Part shown: positions 26,918 through 28,332 of the stretch, one piece after another
Layout of the letters: every line of letters starts with the position of its first letter
Numbering within the stretch: the first letter of the stretch is position 1
Source of the DNA: Candidatus Parvarchaeota archaeon
GTDB taxonomy: Archaea > Nanobdellota > Nanobdellia > Parvarchaeales > Parvarchaeaceae
NCBI GenBank assembly: GCA_030044235.1
Contig: JASHWD010000102.1
Coordinates: 1-28,332 of the forward strand
Length of the DNA stretch: 28,332 bases
Reading direction: 5' to 3'
Translations under genes and position numbers: made by a program
Notes under the pieces: model-generated
Seen by the model: the letters and a program-made list of their open reading frames with translations, nothing else
Databases searched by the model: none
What the model was told of the DNA's origin: nothing

Positions 26918-28331
26918 AGCGTTTCTTAAAAGCGTGCTTTATCGACTTTATAAGTCTCCTCTTATTTGCATTGTCTACCATAGCATATTGGATAACGCCG
27001 ATTATATCTTTGACCGGTATTATTTTTATTTTATTATTTGGATCAGGAACTACGTCCCCCAAGTTTGATGCTGGGATTATTACTTCCCTCTCACCAGCAT
27101 TATTCGCAGCCTCTATTTTAGAGTTAACTCCCCCGACTGGAAGAACCTCACCTAATATAGATATGGAACCTGTCATGGCTGTAGATTGCTTTATAGGAAT
27201 CCCTGTAAGTGCGGATAGTATACTTATTGCGACACTTACGCTTGCACTATCCCCTTCTACGCCAGAATAAGCCTGAAGGAACTGTATATGTATGTCGTAA
27301 TTTGTCAAGGATTCCTTTGAGTACAATTTTATTATAGCTGATACGTTCTTTACCGCTTCTTGGGCTATTTCACCAAGTTTACCTGTCGCTATTATAGCAC
27401 CTGCGCCTTTCTGCATGCTTTTTGTCACCAAGGATTCTATTGGCAGAAGAAGACCTGGAGCTGAAGGATCTTCTCCTAATATCGCTAGACCATTAACGCG
27501 ACCTACTCTAGAGCCACTTATCTGTATAACTTCATAATCCTTCATTTCCTTTATGTATCTCAAAGCTGTCTGCTGTTCCACAGAGCCTGCAAAGTTCTTC
27601 GCCTTCTCTATATCCGACACGGTTACTACAGCGTGCTTATTTTCTTTAGCCAGGTCTCCTGCGACCCTTACTATGCCGCCTAACTCCCTAAGTTTCAATG
27701 TCAATGCATTCTTCTTTCCTGATTTTCTTCTAGCTTCTTTTACTATTTCTGCCGCCGCTTCTCTTGAAAATTGTGGTATCTTCTTGTCCTTGCTGACTTC
27801 TTGCGCAATAAATCTAGCAATTTTATCACGATTTTCTAATGTATCTGGCATAGTGTCATTCATATAAATCTCATATCCATAACCTCGTATTCTAGAACGC
27901 AATGCCGGGCTCATGCTAGATATAGAAGCTGGGTTGCCTGCGCCAACAAGAATGAAATCGCATGGAACTGGTTCTGTTTTTACCATGGCTCCTGCACTTC
28001 TTTCACTTCTTCCAGTTATAGCGGCTTTCCTTTCTTGCATCGCCGTAAGTAGCTGTATCTGCATTTCTGGGGATAGATTGGCTATTTCGTCTATAAATAA
28101 TACTCCGCCGTTGGCTTTGTGTATGTCTCCAAGAACAACACGTTCATGCGCCGGCGTTCCCAATCCGCCCGATTGAAATGGATCGTGTTGAACGTCTCCG
28201 AGAAGTGCTCCTTCGTGACCCCCAGTCGCGTCTATAAACGGTGCGTGGGTTAGCCCGGAATTGTCTAAAAGAAGCTTAGGCGTGGGCCCGGTAACTCTTT
28301 GTTTACCTAACCTGTACATTAAAAGAATTAT
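26904..28331 (-). CDS. lonB: Archaeal ATP-dependent Lon protease (LonB); 5' part lies outside the window
   Basis: Walker [17 protein letters not shown], Ser-Lys dyad GDSAS...[10 protein letters not shown]; frame stays open past the track start to the window end (...IILL-MYRL). Confidence 0.95.
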   Translation of the reverse strand: MILLMYRLGKQRVTGPTPKLLLDNSGLTHAPFIDATGGHEGALLGDVQHDPFQSGGLGTPAHERVVLGDIHKANGGVLFIDEIANLSPEMQIQLLTAMQERKAAITGRSERSAGAMVKTEPVPCDFILVGAGNPASISSMSPALRSRIRGYGYEIYMNDTMPDTLENRDKIARFIAQEVSKDKKIPQFSREAAAEIVKEARRKSGKKNALTLKLRELGGIVRVAGDLAKENKHAVVTVSDIEKAKNFAGSVEQQTALRYIKEMKDYEVIQISGSRVGRVNGLAILGEDPSAPGLLLPIESLVTKSMQKGAGAIIATGKLGEIAQEAVKNVSAIIKLYSKESLTNYDIHIQFLQAYSGVEGDSASVSVAISILSALTGIPIKQSTAMTGSISILGEVLPVGGVNSKIEAANNAGEREVIIPASNLGDVVPDPNNKIKIIPVKDIIGVIQYAMVDNANKRRLIKSIKHAFKKRYAGS

Positions 28332-28332
28332 A

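Overview
A gene-dense, AT-rich archaeal chromosomal segment with no mobile element or CRISPR array detected. It is most consistent with a small-genome DPANN lineage from an acidic habitat (Parvarchaeota-like); this is inferred from the split rpoB, divergent core proteins and thermoacidophile-type ferredoxin and Dcd. Contents in order: RNA polymerase operon (rpoH-rpoB''-rpoB'-rpoA', the last running off the window start and missing from the ORF track), membrane protein, endonuclease III, an N-terminal-only Dph2 coupled to RNase HII, hotdog thioesterase, mre11-rad50, SAM methyltransferase, tRNA-Leu(CAA), small orphan, zinc-type ferredoxin, SemiSWEET, intron-containing tRNA-Leu(UAA), a CYTH-nucleoside kinase-CYTH triple fusion, an unannotated 38-aa eL41-like ribosomal protein, Dcd-like protein, MBL hydrolase, rps8e, a tight MMPL-methyltransferase-rtcB-archease-thiI cluster, orphan, Ogg1-type glycosylase, tRNA-Ser(UGA), MGMT-like protein, Rio1 and LonB (partial). 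The best leads are the CYTH-kinase-CYTH fusion, the one-cysteine mini-Dph2, substitutions in near-invariant RNA polymerase motifs (including a bridge-helix proline), the hidden eL41, and Dcd and MGMT homologs that lack canonical catalytic residues. All homology calls are from motif recognition only; no searches were run.
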